Virus record (IMG/VR): IMGVR_UViG_3300037067_013379
Location: 1 to 64,000 of that record
Length of the DNA stretch: 64,000 nt
Origin: a virus
Lineage: Duplodnaviria > Caudoviricetes
Direction: 5' to 3' (one strand)
The position numbers and the translations under genes were made by a program. The notes beneath the pieces were generated by a model. The model had not been told where the DNA came from and did no database searches. It saw only the letters and a list, made by a program, of their open reading frames with translations. Position 1 is the first letter of the stretch. Each line of letters starts with the position of its first letter. Of the stretch, positions 8,843 through 18,273 are shown piece after piece.

Positions 8843-9356
8843 ACGTAGATTCGTGGTTATGTACGATCGGGGTGTTGATGTCGTACCCGTAGTCGGTCGG
8901 CCTGTCCCTCCCGTCGACGAACGTGACCAACCGACCCCGGCCCTCCACCGGCCACGCACACGGCACGAAGTGACCCGGCTGGTAGTACCCGGCCCTCGCC
9001 CCCACCGGTCGCTCCTTGACCGGCGCCAGCGACCCCAGCACCTTCCCCGCGAACGCGATCGCCCTCACGTCGTGCCACCCGTGGCATGTGGTACGGGAAT
9101 GGACGAGCCACGCGTCAACCGACCGCGACCCCTGACCGTCGCAGCGGCACGGGGCGATGGTCCCGTCGAGGCACCGGTCGGCGTAGCAGGCCCGGAACTC
9201 GGCCCGGTACCCGGTGTTGGTGGTGACCCGGTACCGATCCGCGATCGGTTCGGGGTGCCAGTCGACGTGGATCATGTCGCGGACGACGACGACCACGAGG
9301 CCGCCCTTCTTCCGTTCGAGCACGGTGACCGTTCCGGCCGGCTGCGCCTTCGCCAT
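8838..9356 (-). CDS. Hypothetical protein
   Basis: GGGGAG RBS before MAKAQPAG. Confidence 0.6.
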   Translation of the reverse strand: MAKAQPAGTVTVLERKKGGLVVVVVRDMIHVDWHPEPIADRYRVTTNTGYRAEFRACYADRCLDGTIAPCRCDGQGSRSVDAWLVHSRTTCHGWHDVRAIAFAGKVLGSLAPVKERPVGARAGYYQPGHFVPCAWPVEGRGRLVTFVDGRDRPTDYGYDINTPIVHNHESTS

Positions 9357-9441
9357 GGTTGATCTCCCCGGTGGTTCGCGGTAGGGGTGTGTGGGGGGGG
9401 CCGGGCGGGTGTGCCGGGCTGGCCGGCACACCCCAGGCACG

Positions 9442-9723
9442 TCAGATGACGTGCGCGTAGACCTTGTGCCAGCGGTACCAGCCCTCCTTGACGAGCACGT
9501 AGCCCACACCATCGACGATCCGAACCGCCTGGACCTTCCGGCGTCCGCCGGACCGGAAGCCGAGGGCGCACAGGGTGTCCCCGACCACGATCTGGTTGAA
9601 CGTGCAGCACTCGACGTCGCGGCTACCGACGAGCGCCTCGTTCACGCGGAGGTCTCCGATCGCCTTGTCGGTGGCGAAGTCGGCAGCGGCGTGGATCGCG
9701 TAGGTGTGGGTGTAGGTGCTCAT
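9442..9723 (-). CDS. Hypothetical protein
   Basis: AGGAGG RBS before MSTYTHT; downstream of a promoter. Confidence 0.65.
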   Translation of the reverse strand: MSTYTHTYAIHAAADFATDKAIGDLRVNEALVGSRDVECCTFNQIVVGDTLCALGFRSGGRRKVQAVRIVDGVGYVLVKEGWYRWHKVYAHVI

Positions 9724-9774
9724 TGGGTACCTCCTGGTGAGTGGTGGTTTGTCGTCGTTCCCGGCGACATGTTC

Positions 9775-9880
9775 AGTATGGAGGAGAGGGCGTAATGGCG
9801 TCAACTTTTACGCCGAAATTTCTGAGACAATCACGACGTACCTACGCCTTGACCTACGGGCGTGTACGCGGGATGATAAC
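9775..9880. promoter_or_regulatory. Divergent promoter pair, each -35 bracketed by CGTA-N14-TACG
   Basis: Leftward TTGACG-18-CATACT; rightward TTGACC at 9849; operators at 9791-9812 and 9837-9858. Confidence 0.65.
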
Positions 9881-9884
9881 CACC

Positions 9885-10130
9885 ATGAACGAACTCCACC
9901 CGACCGCCATAGAACTCGCCAAAATCGAGGCAGACTACGCCAAAACCCTCGCCAAACTGGCAACCCTCAAAGCCGCACGGCGGGACAAGAAACGCGAACA
10001 CAAGGCCGCGATCGTCGACGCGATCAACGAGACCCCAGACGCGACACACGTCGACCTCGCGGCACGGTTCGCCGTGACCGAGGGAACCATCCGACACATC
10101 CGACGCGAACTCGCCCCCACCGAGTCATGA
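9885..10130 (+). CDS. Small coiled-coil + HTH DNA-binding protein
   Basis: C-terminal ATHVDLAARFAVTEGTIRHIRREL HTH pattern. Confidence 0.65.
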   Translation: MNELHPTAIELAKIEADYAKTLAKLATLKAARRDKKREHKAAIVDAINETPDATHVDLAARFAVTEGTIRHIRRELAPTES

Positions 10131-10615
10131 CCACCACCCGAGCGCGACCGGCCGTCCGCACACCACGACGAACCGAGGAACTCGACACCCAGGCAGCGAT
10201 CATCGAATTCTGCCTGCTCCTCGGGTACCTCGTCTTCCACGACAACGACCCCCGACGCAACCGCGCCGGGTTCCCCGACCTCGTCATAGCCGGATACGGG
10301 GTTGTGATCATCATCGAACTCAAGACCGACCGGAACGAGCCCACACCCGAACAACGCGCCTGGCTCACCGCGTTCACGGACGCCGGCCTCGACGCGCGGG
10401 TGTACCGCACCTCCGCATGGAAGACCGGCGACCTCGTCAACGAACTCAAAACGATCAAACGGAACTGGACCCGCACACACCCGAGGACGACGACATGCCC
10501 TACGACCCCAACCTCCCAATCCCTGCCGCGACCGACATCGACGAGCGGAGGCCGAAAGACGCCCTCGCGTACTGGACGTGCCGGTACTGCGGCTTCCACG
10601 AAGCGGGTCGGCTGA
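10127..10615 (+). CDS. VRR-NUC domain nuclease (possible junction resolvase)
   Basis: GFPDLVI, IIELKT and PTPEQRAWL motifs. Confidence 0.85.
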   Translation: MTTTRARPAVRTPRRTEELDTQAAIIEFCLLLGYLVFHDNDPRRNRAGFPDLVIAGYGVVIIIELKTDRNEPTPEQRAWLTAFTDAGLDARVYRTSAWKTGDLVNELKTIKRNWTRTHPRTTTCPTTPTSQSLPRPTSTSGGRKTPSRTGRAGTAASTKRVG

Positions 10616-10950
10616 CCACCGACGCGGAGGCCCGACGCTGCGCGGCACACGAGTACCGGTGCCCGAAACGGCCGAATGACGACACCACACTCGACTACGA
10701 ACGGGCCGCGTACCAGGCCGTTCACGCGGCCGGTCTCCGCCGTGACGTCCTCGGCCTGTCACTCCTCCTCGACGACAAGCGGACCCTGCTCCGCCGGACG
10801 TGGTTCTTCGAGTTCCGGACCCGCCGAGCGCTCCGAGACGACATCGCGGCCCTCCACGGCCGGATTGCCGGTGTCCACGCACACGCCCTCACCCTCGACC
10901 TGGACGCCGGGTGGTACGAGCCACACTTCCACCCAACGGCGCTGCGGTAG
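10495..10950 (+). CDS. Hypothetical protein with CxxC/C-H motif
   Basis: GAGGA RBS before MPYDP; CRYC...C..H..C. Confidence 0.6.
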   Translation: MPYDPNLPIPAATDIDERRPKDALAYWTCRYCGFHEAGRLTTDAEARRCAAHEYRCPKRPNDDTTLDYERAAYQAVHAAGLRRDVLGLSLLLDDKRTLLRRTWFFEFRTRRALRDDIAALHGRIAGVHAHALTLDLDAGWYEPHFHPTALR

Positions 10951-10992
10951 CGCGCACGGCACGCACGACCACATGGGCGACCCCCGGCTAGG

Positions 10993-11214
10993 GTGTCGCC
11001 CATGACCATTGATGGGACACCCGAACCGACCCCGGAACGCCCGGTGTACACCATGGTGTTAGAAGACACCGGGGACGCGACCGACCGCTACATGATCCGA
11101 TGCGACGAGGGTTGGCGCGAGATGATCGTCTGTGAGGGCATGTACCGGTGGGCTGCCGAGTGGCTGCTGCGAGTCCTCGGGAACCGCCCGTACGCCGACG
11201 GAAACGCCCCCTGA
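10993..11214 (+). CDS. Small hypothetical protein
   Basis: Protein-like ORF ending before a hairpin. Confidence 0.55.
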   Translation: MSPMTIDGTPEPTPERPVYTMVLEDTGDATDRYMIRCDEGWREMIVCEGMYRWAAEWLLRVLGNRPYADGNAP

Positions 11215-11234
11215 CCACAACCAGACCAGGGACA

Positions 11235-11274
11235 CGAAAAGGCCCGCCAGGATCATCACTTGCGGGCCTTTTCG
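11235..11274. terminator. Bidirectional terminator
   Basis: CGAAAAGGCCCGC...GCGGGCCTTTTCG. Confidence 0.75.
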
Positions 11275-11281
11275 TCGTCAG

Positions 11282-11887
11282 CTACGCGGCCGGAGCGTCC
11301 GAGGCCATCTCCCAGAACGGAGCCGCCAGCACGAACCGACCGACGGTGCCCGTGTCCTCCAACTTGATCGTGCAGATCAGGCCGATCTCGTCGACCTTCG
11401 TGATCGTGGCGTACCGGTCGTTGGTGACGCAGTGCCAGCGCTGGCCGACCGCGTACGCCGGCTGGTCCACGTACCGCATGCTCTCCGGGCCGGCGTATCC
11501 GGTGCTGGTCGCGGATCGGATCTCGTACGCCCGGTCGGTCGGGTCGAGGGGGTTCTCATCGAACGCGATCACGACCCCGAACTGGTTGTCACGCTGCCCG
11601 AACCGGTAGTACACCCGGTCCCCGATCTCGTACGTGCGGGTGAACGGGCCGAACCCGGGCCGGTCGAGGAGGGTCGCCTTCCGCTCGTCGGACGCGTGGT
11701 AGGTGTAGATGTCGTCTCGGCCGTTGACGCCCTCCTCGACCTGGATCGCCCAGTCACGGGTCTTCATTACGAACCAGGTGCGGACGACGAGGCGGGGGAT
11801 CGGGTCGCCGGGCAGGATCACGGTGTCCCCAGCGTCGATGCTGCTGAGGTAGATGTCGATCTGGCCGGGCTTGGTCGTGGTGTCCAC
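11282..11887 (-). CDS. Hypothetical protein (repeated small beta/SH3-like modules)
   Basis: GAAAGGA RBS before GTG; IGDRV and VGQRW repeats. Confidence 0.6.
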   Translation of the reverse strand: MDTTTKPGQIDIYLSSIDAGDTVILPGDPIPRLVVRTWFVMKTRDWAIQVEEGVNGRDDIYTYHASDERKATLLDRPGFGPFTRTYEIGDRVYYRFGQRDNQFGVVIAFDENPLDPTDRAYEIRSATSTGYAGPESMRYVDQPAYAVGQRWHCVTNDRYATITKVDEIGLICTIKLEDTGTVGRFVLAAPFWEMASDAPAA

Positions 11888-11921
11888 GGTTGTTCCTTTC
11901 GGTGGTGTTCGCGACGGATTC

Positions 11922-11950
11922 AGTGTAATAGAGGCGTTAGGGGTATGCAA
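11922..11950 (-). promoter_or_regulatory. Promoter TTGCAT-17-TACACT with CCCCTAACGCC operator half-site
   Basis: Read directly on the reverse strand. Confidence 0.6.
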
Positions 11951-11991
11951 GCCATGGCGGGGGGAGTGGCGCTCCCCCCGCTGGTGGTGTG

Positions 11992-12396
11992 TCAGTCGAT
12001 GTACAGGTTGACGATGTCGAACCCGGCGATCGCGAGTTGCCCATCCGGCCCGGTCGCGTGCACCACCTTGGCGCGACAGTCGACGAACGTGACCTTCCAC
12101 CACTGGACGTCCGACCCGTCGATGGTGACGAAGTCGTTGATGCGCCAGTGGTTCATGGCCTTCAGCGCCTTAGCGAGGGCGACGCGGTACCGGGGCCGGT
12201 CGTCGTCGTGGCACGGGCACGAGCACTCGGCCGGTCCACCCATGGGGAAGATCCAGCCGGAGCAGACCTCGTGGTGTCCGTCGACGCAGTTGCAGGTGGT
12301 GTCGTTCCGGGTGCTGCGCCAGATGCCGTTGATGGTCCGACCGCCATTGGCGATCATGTCCTCGAACTTGGCGAGTACCGGGCCGGTGAGGTTCAT
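11992..12396 (-). CDS. Hypothetical protein with Cys cluster
   Basis: GGAGGA RBS; CNC..H..C...CSCPCH. Confidence 0.6.
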   Translation of the reverse strand: MNLTGPVLAKFEDMIANGGRTINGIWRSTRNDTTCNCVDGHHEVCSGWIFPMGGPAECSCPCHDDDRPRYRVALAKALKAMNHWRINDFVTIDGSDVQWWKVTFVDCRAKVVHATGPDGQLAIAGFDIVNLYID

Positions 12397-12442
12397 CGGA
12401 TCCTCCGTGGTGTGGTTGGCGGGTTTCCCCGTGGGCACATCC

Positions 12443-12532
12443 AGAATGGGGCATGGGCGTAGCTACGTCAAGTATTACGACGTAAAAAACGACGTAGCTA
12501 CGACTTGACTTACGCGGCCCGTGCGATACGAT
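12443..12532. promoter_or_regulatory. Divergent promoter pair with three CGTA-N14-TACG operators
   Basis: Leftward TTGACG-17-CATTCT; rightward TTGACT-16-TACGAT; operators start at 12458, 12481 and 12493. Confidence 0.7.
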
Positions 12533-12566
12533 TGACCAGTCAACACACACCGCGAAGGGAACCCCG

Positions 12567-13055
12567 ATGTCGAAGCGCACCGATCGCCTCAACACCCGAG
12601 CCACCGAACTCCGTGGCCTCGAACACGTCGCCCAGATCCGCGTCCGCAACGCCGAGGCCGGAATCTCCTCCCTCGGCAACGTCAACTACCCAACCAACGT
12701 CACGAACGCCTTCCACCAGGAACTCGAAGCCGCACGAACCGCCCTCCGCGCCATCCACGACGAGCAGCAGCAGATCATCCAGGACCTCGACCGACACACC
12801 GTCGACCTCCCCGACCTCGCCCTGATCCTCGTCGACGACCCCAACGGCCCCCGAGTCGTCGAGCGCCGAGACGCCACCAACACCGGCACCGACGAAACCA
12901 ACTGGTACGACCTCGGCGCACCCGACACCGACCGCCCCATGAACTTCGACACCGCGATCGGTGTCACCTACGACACCCCCGGTGGATACGAGTTCTACCG
13001 GCTCTACACCCAGGACGAGGTCGACGACCTACTCGACGCGGCCATTGGCCTCTGA
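12567..13055 (+). CDS. Hypothetical protein
   Basis: AAGGGA RBS; follows the rightward promoter. Confidence 0.7.
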   Translation: MSKRTDRLNTRATELRGLEHVAQIRVRNAEAGISSLGNVNYPTNVTNAFHQELEAARTALRAIHDEQQQIIQDLDRHTVDLPDLALILVDDPNGPRVVERRDATNTGTDETNWYDLGAPDTDRPMNFDTAIGVTYDTPGGYEFYRLYTQDEVDDLLDAAIGL

Positions 13056-13113
13056 CCAACCCCCTCCGGCCCGGTGGAACCCCCACCGGGCCGCGACCAT
13101 GAAAGGAAACCTG

Positions 13114-14238
13114 GTGAGCAGGATCTACTTCCACACCCGCACCCACACGGCCGAACTCATGGGCTCCGAACGCGGCTGGCTCCGCTCCATCGCGGCGAAC
13201 GCGGCCCAGCGCTGGTGGGGACTCGACGACATCGACTCCCTTGACCGGGCACTCGAAATCGCCAACATGATCGTTCCCAACACCGAAAACCAGTACGTCC
13301 TCGACCGGGCAGCAACGACCCGGCAACTCGTCGACGGAGACCGCTACCCACAGACCCCACAGACCGACCACCACACAACCCTCATCAAGGACTACGCCTA
13401 CCAAGCCCTCGAAGACCGCAAGATCTACAAGGACATGTGGCAGCGGTACTCCATCGCCGGGGCCGACCCGATCAGCAACGTCCACTACGACCCGACCGCC
13501 CGGAACGCCCTCGTCGACATCCTGCACACCTGCCTCCGCGTGAACGACGTCCCCCTCCGCGTCGGAGACCACGTCGTGTCCTCGGCGAACGTCGAACTCA
13601 ACACGACCCTCGCCACCGGTAACGACGAGGTGTGCCTCGCAGCGAAGATCCACGGCTGGTGTGAGATCCACCCATGGTTCGAGGAGACCGATCGGGAATG
13701 GTTCGCTGACGTCATCGAGTACGCCGTGGCGTCCGGGGTGTACCGCGAGGGCACCTGGCACACTGGCACCACCGGAACCACCGAAGACCGGCAACTGGTC
13801 CGGCAGGGCTGGGAGGACGTGATCGCCCTCCTCCGCGACGTCGCCCAACACCCCGGAGAGGTCGTCCTGTCCTACTCGGTGTGCGACGGATTCCCAAACC
13901 CCGAGGTGTCGACGACCATGCCACCCTGGCCGGACGGTGTCCCCTACCGATGGGAGGCACTGACCCCCGCCCAGCAGAAGACGCGATCGGACGCACGGCG
14001 TATCTGGTACGACCTCGAACCCGACCAGCGCTGGGAGACCGCCATGGCGGGCCTCCGCTACTCGCGGCCGTGGGCGAACATCACCCCGGAAAACCTCACT
14101 ACCGCCACGTTCGGCCCGGACGTGACCCTGTTCGACGTGTTCCACCCGGACCGGGTCGAACGGGTCCGGGTGGCGTTCGAGGGGGACGCCCAGGCCGAGG
14201 CCGAGGAGGAGGAGCGCCGTGCCACCCAACCCGCCTGA
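13114..14238 (+). CDS. Hypothetical phage protein
   Basis: AAAGGAAA RBS before GTG; 374-codon ORF with GC3-biased codons. Confidence 0.7.
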   Translation: MSRIYFHTRTHTAELMGSERGWLRSIAANAAQRWWGLDDIDSLDRALEIANMIVPNTENQYVLDRAATTRQLVDGDRYPQTPQTDHHTTLIKDYAYQALEDRKIYKDMWQRYSIAGADPISNVHYDPTARNALVDILHTCLRVNDVPLRVGDHVVSSANVELNTTLATGNDEVCLAAKIHGWCEIHPWFEETDREWFADVIEYAVASGVYREGTWHTGTTGTTEDRQLVRQGWEDVIALLRDVAQHPGEVVLSYSVCDGFPNPEVSTTMPPWPDGVPYRWEALTPAQQKTRSDARRIWYDLEPDQRWETAMAGLRYSRPWANITPENLTTATFGPDVTLFDVFHPDRVERVRVAFEGDAQAEAEEEERRATQPA

Positions 14239-14371
14239 CGACGACGAGATCTGCGGCGAGACGTTCGACCACGACGAGGTGATCACCTACGACGGCCCCG
14301 ACGGGTTGCAGTGGGAGTGTCGGCGTTGTGGTGCGGAGGTGTTCGAGGAGAAGGAGGAAACACCACAATGA
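14219..14371 (+). CDS. 50-aa acidic zinc-ribbon-like protein (below ORF-track cutoff)
   Basis: VPPNPPDDDEICGETFDH...WECRRCG...; GAGGAGG RBS; ATGA overlap with the next gene. Confidence 0.55.
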   Translation: MPPNPPDDDEICGETFDHDEVITYDGPDGLQWECRRCGAEVFEEKEETPQ

Positions 14372-14733
14372 CCAGCATGATCCTCAAGGTCGACCCGGAA
14401 CCCGGCACCGACCGATACATGATCTGGTCCACCGTGACCGACATGCCCACCGTCATCGGAACCCGCGAGGACATGATCGCGTGGCTACGTCTCCCCGTGG
14501 GCAACGGAACCCTCGAACAGGCGAAACGGGTCATGTGCCGGGTAGACCAAACCGGCACCTCCGACCGCTCTGGCCGTGGCGGTTGGGACGACGTCGAACC
14601 GATCCCGATCGGGGACATCGCACCCGACGACGGCTGGTACCAGATCGGCCGACGTGACCTACCCGCGCTCGCCGACGCGATCGGGCACGGCGACACGGCC
14701 ATGGTGCACCAGTTGCTCGTCCGCTACGCCTGA
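14368..14733 (+). CDS. Hypothetical protein
   Basis: AAGGAGG RBS; coupled start. Confidence 0.7.
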   Translation: MTSMILKVDPEPGTDRYMIWSTVTDMPTVIGTREDMIAWLRLPVGNGTLEQAKRVMCRVDQTGTSDRSGRGGWDDVEPIPIGDIAPDDGWYQIGRRDLPALADAIGHGDTAMVHQLLVRYA

Positions 14734-15081
14734 CTGGCGACCATGGCCAGTGATGCGTTAGGGTTGCGCTAGATGGTCCGCTGCACGAACCAGGGAGACG
14801 ACTGACGGCTCACCCCTGGCGTACCGAACGACTGACCGAACGCCTTGCCCCAGATATCCCCTGGGGGCCAACGTCGGATGGTTCTACTAGGGAAAACTCG
14901 ATCCGTCAGGCAACCATCTTGCGGCCCCGGCCAGCCACCGTCGCTGGGGATCAAGGGAACGGTGGGCTCGAACGCTCCGGCACCAGGGGGACTCTGGACC
15001 GCCGGAGCGTTCACCATTCCCCGAGCCACGGTTTGGGGTGACCCGTCGTCACATGGGGTATACGACCACTACCCTGAGGGC

Positions 15082-15498
15082 ATGTTCCGGACAACCGAAA
15101 CCTACGGGTTCGACCTGGCATACGACGGGGACGAAGGCCCGGGGCGACTCCCCTGCCGAATCGAGATCACGTCACGGCGCGACCTGCCCGACGTCGACCA
15201 CCACAACCCCGTAATCGACGAGACCACCGACGCACGCCTGTCGATGACAACCCGATCCGTGATCATGAGTCGGATCGTCGAGGAACTCGACGGCCAGCCA
15301 CTCGACGGCCCGATCCTTGACCTCGGATCAACGAATCACGCCCCGGAACGCATCGCGGTCTGGGCCTACTGGCTCGCCCGTGACCAGTCCCGGTACGAAC
15401 GGGACCTCACCGGCTGGAACCTCACCGTCGAATCGGCCCGGGTCGTCTCGGATGGCCGGTGGTCGGTCGAGTACGCGCCAACGGCGGGTGATCGGTGA
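15082..15498 (+). CDS. Degenerate QueD/6-pyruvoyl-tetrahydropterin synthase-like (T-fold) protein
   Basis: TETYGFDLAY ~ TKEFTFDAAH; ELDGQPL ~ LDH.YLN; NHAPERIAVW ~ NPTAENIA.W; adjacent to queE; no His-x-His or Cys active-site residues. Confidence 0.5.
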   Translation: MFRTTETYGFDLAYDGDEGPGRLPCRIEITSRRDLPDVDHHNPVIDETTDARLSMTTRSVIMSRIVEELDGQPLDGPILDLGSTNHAPERIAVWAYWLARDQSRYERDLTGWNLTVESARVVSDGRWSVEYAPTAGDR

Positions 15499-16235
15499 TG
15501 GGGGCCGAGGACGGGCCGGACCCCGGCCGGGACGCCATCCTCTACGCGAACGAGTTTCGCGTTGACACGATGATCGGGGAGGGGCCGGACGCCGGCCGGC
15601 GTTGCGCCATCATCCGCCTCGCTGGATGCAACCTCACCTGCGACGTGTGCGACCAACCGTCGACGTGGGGGCCGCACACGATGAGCCGGCCGGTACGCGT
15701 CGGCGTGCTCCTCGATCGTCTCGACCAGGCCGGGCGAACGTTCCCGATCGGCCGGGTCGTCATCACCGGTGGTGAACCGCTGATGCAACAGGAGGGGCCG
15801 GCGTTGCGGTGCCTCGTCGAGGGGTGCGTCGACGTCGGCCGGACGGTGTGCGTGGAAACCAACGGGACGATCACCCCGTGTCCGTGGCTGCGGGACCTCG
15901 ACGAGTGCGGACGGCTCCGCTGGCGGGTCTCCCCGAAACTGTTCGGGGCCTTGGCGTCCGACCCCAGGCAGCGACGGGTGTACCCCCCCGCGCTGCGTTG
16001 GTTCACCCGTAGTCCGAACTCCGACTTCCTGTTCCCGTGCCAGGAGGTGACGGACATCGACGCGATCCGCCTGTTCTGCACCGACTATCACCTACACCCC
16101 GGCCGGGTGTGGGGGTACCCACTCGGAACGGAGTACACGGACGTCATCCGGGTCGGCCAGCAGTTGGCGCCATCGGTACTTCGTGCCGGGTTCAACATGT
16201 CGACCCGGCTAGGCATGATCATGATGGGTAGATAG
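15495..16235 (+). CDS. queE: QueE-like radical SAM protein (7-carboxy-7-deazaguanine synthase)
   Basis: IRLAGCNLTCDVCD (CxxxCxxC), VVITGGEPLMQ, VETNGT and VSPKL motifs. Confidence 0.82.
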   Translation: MMGAEDGPDPGRDAILYANEFRVDTMIGEGPDAGRRCAIIRLAGCNLTCDVCDQPSTWGPHTMSRPVRVGVLLDRLDQAGRTFPIGRVVITGGEPLMQQEGPALRCLVEGCVDVGRTVCVETNGTITPCPWLRDLDECGRLRWRVSPKLFGALASDPRQRRVYPPALRWFTRSPNSDFLFPCQEVTDIDAIRLFCTDYHLHPGRVWGYPLGTEYTDVIRVGQQLAPSVLRAGFNMSTRLGMIMMGR

Positions 16236-16258
16236 ACCACCAACTGACGGGAGGGGCC

Positions 16259-17938
16259 GTGGCAAGACTACGAGCGCTCCGCGACCCCTCCAGCATGAGC
16301 GACGCGGAACTGATGGCGGAGGCCGAGGCCCTCGAAGCGGCCGAGGACCACGCGTCGATGTCGGACCCGGCCGCGTTGCTCCGTCGGATCGTCCCGCGCT
16401 ACCGGCTACGCCCCCACCTCGACGTGATCACCACCCAAATGAAACGGATCATGTCGGGGGAAATCGACCGACTATTGATCACCCTCCCCCCGCAGACCGG
16501 GAAGACGTTGACCGCCGTGGTCGGGGGAGCCGTGTGGTGGTTGGCGAACCGCCCGGACGCGAAGGTCATCATCGGGTCGTACGGTGATTCGCTGGCCGTG
16601 GACCGGGGCCGCGATTCGAAGCGCCTCATCGAGGAACACGGGCACCGGTTCGGATTGTCCCTCGCCCGTGGCTCCGAAGCCGTCCAGGACTGGCACCTCA
16701 CCACCGGGGGCGGGGTCCTGTCAGTCGGGATCGGGGCCGGCGTGACCGGGAAGCCAGGCGACATCGCGTTCATCGACGACCCGCACAAGAGCCGGGCCGA
16801 GGCGGACTCGTTGCGGTTCCGCGACCGGGCGTACCGGTGGTTGAGCGCGGACATCATCAGCCGGTTGTCTCCCGGTGCCCCGATGGTCATGGTCATGACC
16901 ATGTGGCACCCGGACGACCTGGCGGCCCGGGTCATAGCCGACGAGGGGACCACGGCGGAGGGGGGCCGGTGGGAGGTCGTGCGGATGCCGGCGTTCTGCG
17001 ACGATCCCGCGCACGACCCGTTGGGTCGGAACCTCGGCGATCCGTTGCCGCACCCGAAGATTCGGGAGGGTGATGTCGCGCGGGCAACAGCCCATTGGCA
17101 GGACAAGCGCCGGGCGTCGACGGTGCAGGACTGGCACGCGTTGTACATGTGCGACCCGAAACCGGCCGAGGGTGCGCTGCTCACCCGTGACCTGTTGCGT
17201 GAGCGCCGGTGCTACACGAAGGGGTCGGCGTGTCATCCGTGCGACGCCGCGCCGGTCCGTGCCGCCGTGGCGGTTGACCCGTCCGGGGGCGGCCGGGACA
17301 CGGCTGGGGTCGTCGGCGGATATCTCGGGTCGGACAAGCGCCTGTACCTGGTGCGCGACGCGTCCGGGGCGATGTCGTCGGATGCGTGGGCGCGGGCAGC
17401 GTGTGAAACGGCCGTGGACATCGACGCCGATCTGATCATCTTCGAGAAGAACTTCGGGGGTGACATGGCGGGTCGGATGATCCGAACCGCGTGGTCGACG
17501 TTGCAGACGGAGGAGCGGGAGGCGGCCCGGAACCGGGTGATGGACACGCAGGCGCACCTGACCGCGCGGGAGGTCGAACGGGCCGTCGACCGGACGACGC
17601 TGCGGTACGGCCGGATGTGCCCCCGGATCAAGGCCGTGACGGCGCGGAAGAACAAGCGGCTGCGGGCAGACCCGATCGCGCAACAGTGGGTCGAGGACCG
17701 TATCCGCACGGCCGCGTATCTGCCGGAGGTCGAGGAGGAGTGGGCGACGTGGCAGGAGGGATCGTCGGATTCGCCCGGCCGGATCGACGCGTCTACCTAC
17801 CTGGCGTATGCGTTGCTGCCGATCCCGAAGAGCGGGTCGGGGGGTGCCGCCGCGCCCGGTGGTTCGCTGCCAACGACGGGTTCCTCGCCGCTGGACCGGG
17901 GATCGGGCGGCAGTGGTTTCGGGCCGCTGGCGCGGTAG
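16259..17938 (+). CDS. terL: Terminase large subunit
   Basis: Walker A PPQTGKT; Walker B FIDDP; nuclease AVAVDPS and DRIDA-like GRIDA motifs. Confidence 0.93.
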   Translation: MARLRALRDPSSMSDAELMAEAEALEAAEDHASMSDPAALLRRIVPRYRLRPHLDVITTQMKRIMSGEIDRLLITLPPQTGKTLTAVVGGAVWWLANRPDAKVIIGSYGDSLAVDRGRDSKRLIEEHGHRFGLSLARGSEAVQDWHLTTGGGVLSVGIGAGVTGKPGDIAFIDDPHKSRAEADSLRFRDRAYRWLSADIISRLSPGAPMVMVMTMWHPDDLAARVIADEGTTAEGGRWEVVRMPAFCDDPAHDPLGRNLGDPLPHPKIREGDVARATAHWQDKRRASTVQDWHALYMCDPKPAEGALLTRDLLRERRCYTKGSACHPCDAAPVRAAVAVDPSGGGRDTAGVVGGYLGSDKRLYLVRDASGAMSSDAWARAACETAVDIDADLIIFEKNFGGDMAGRMIRTAWSTLQTEEREAARNRVMDTQAHLTAREVERAVDRTTLRYGRMCPRIKAVTARKNKRLRADPIAQQWVEDRIRTAAYLPEVEEEWATWQEGSSDSPGRIDASTYLAYALLPIPKSGSGGAAAPGGSLPTTGSSPLDRGSGGSGFGPLAR

Positions 17939-17964
17939 CTGGTGGTGTCGCGGTGGTGGTCGGT

Positions 17965-18273
17965 TCAGCCGTCCGCGTTGGCCTGTTCGCGCATGGCCGC
18001 TGTCTCGTTCGTCAGCCGCTCGTGCATCACGGCAGCCGCAGCCAACAGCGGGGACGTTCGTGGAATGCCGTTCGTCTGGACGAGGAGGCCGCAGATCGTT
18101 GCGATGGTCTCGCCGTAGCGGTCCGGGCCGGCTATGGCTGCCGCCGCGCGCCGGATGACCGACGCTAGCGTGTCGTAGGTGTTCTCGTCGCCGGTTGTGC
18201 TGGGCGGGCCGACGTAGTCCTCGACAGTGATTTCCCCGCCACCGGTTTCGATGGTGAGCCTCACGCGTGCCAT
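17965..18273 (-). CDS. Hypothetical protein inserted antisense between terL and portal
   Basis: GGAGG RBS before MARVRLT. Confidence 0.55.
   Translation of the reverse strand: MARVRLTIETGGGEITVEDYVGPPSTTGDENTYDTLASVIRRAAAAIAGPDRYGETIATICGLLVQTNGIPRTSPLLAAAAVMHERLTNETAAMREQANADG

Noticed and set aside
10496-10615. C-terminal extension of VRR-NUC as a functional domain
   Set aside because: It is an off-frame overlap with the next gene, with T/P/R-rich shadow composition
14876-14925. preQ1 riboswitch upstream of queD/queE
   Set aside because: GGTTCTA is present, but the possible P1 stems enclose loops too long for class I and there is no A-rich 3' tail; an Rfam scan would settle it
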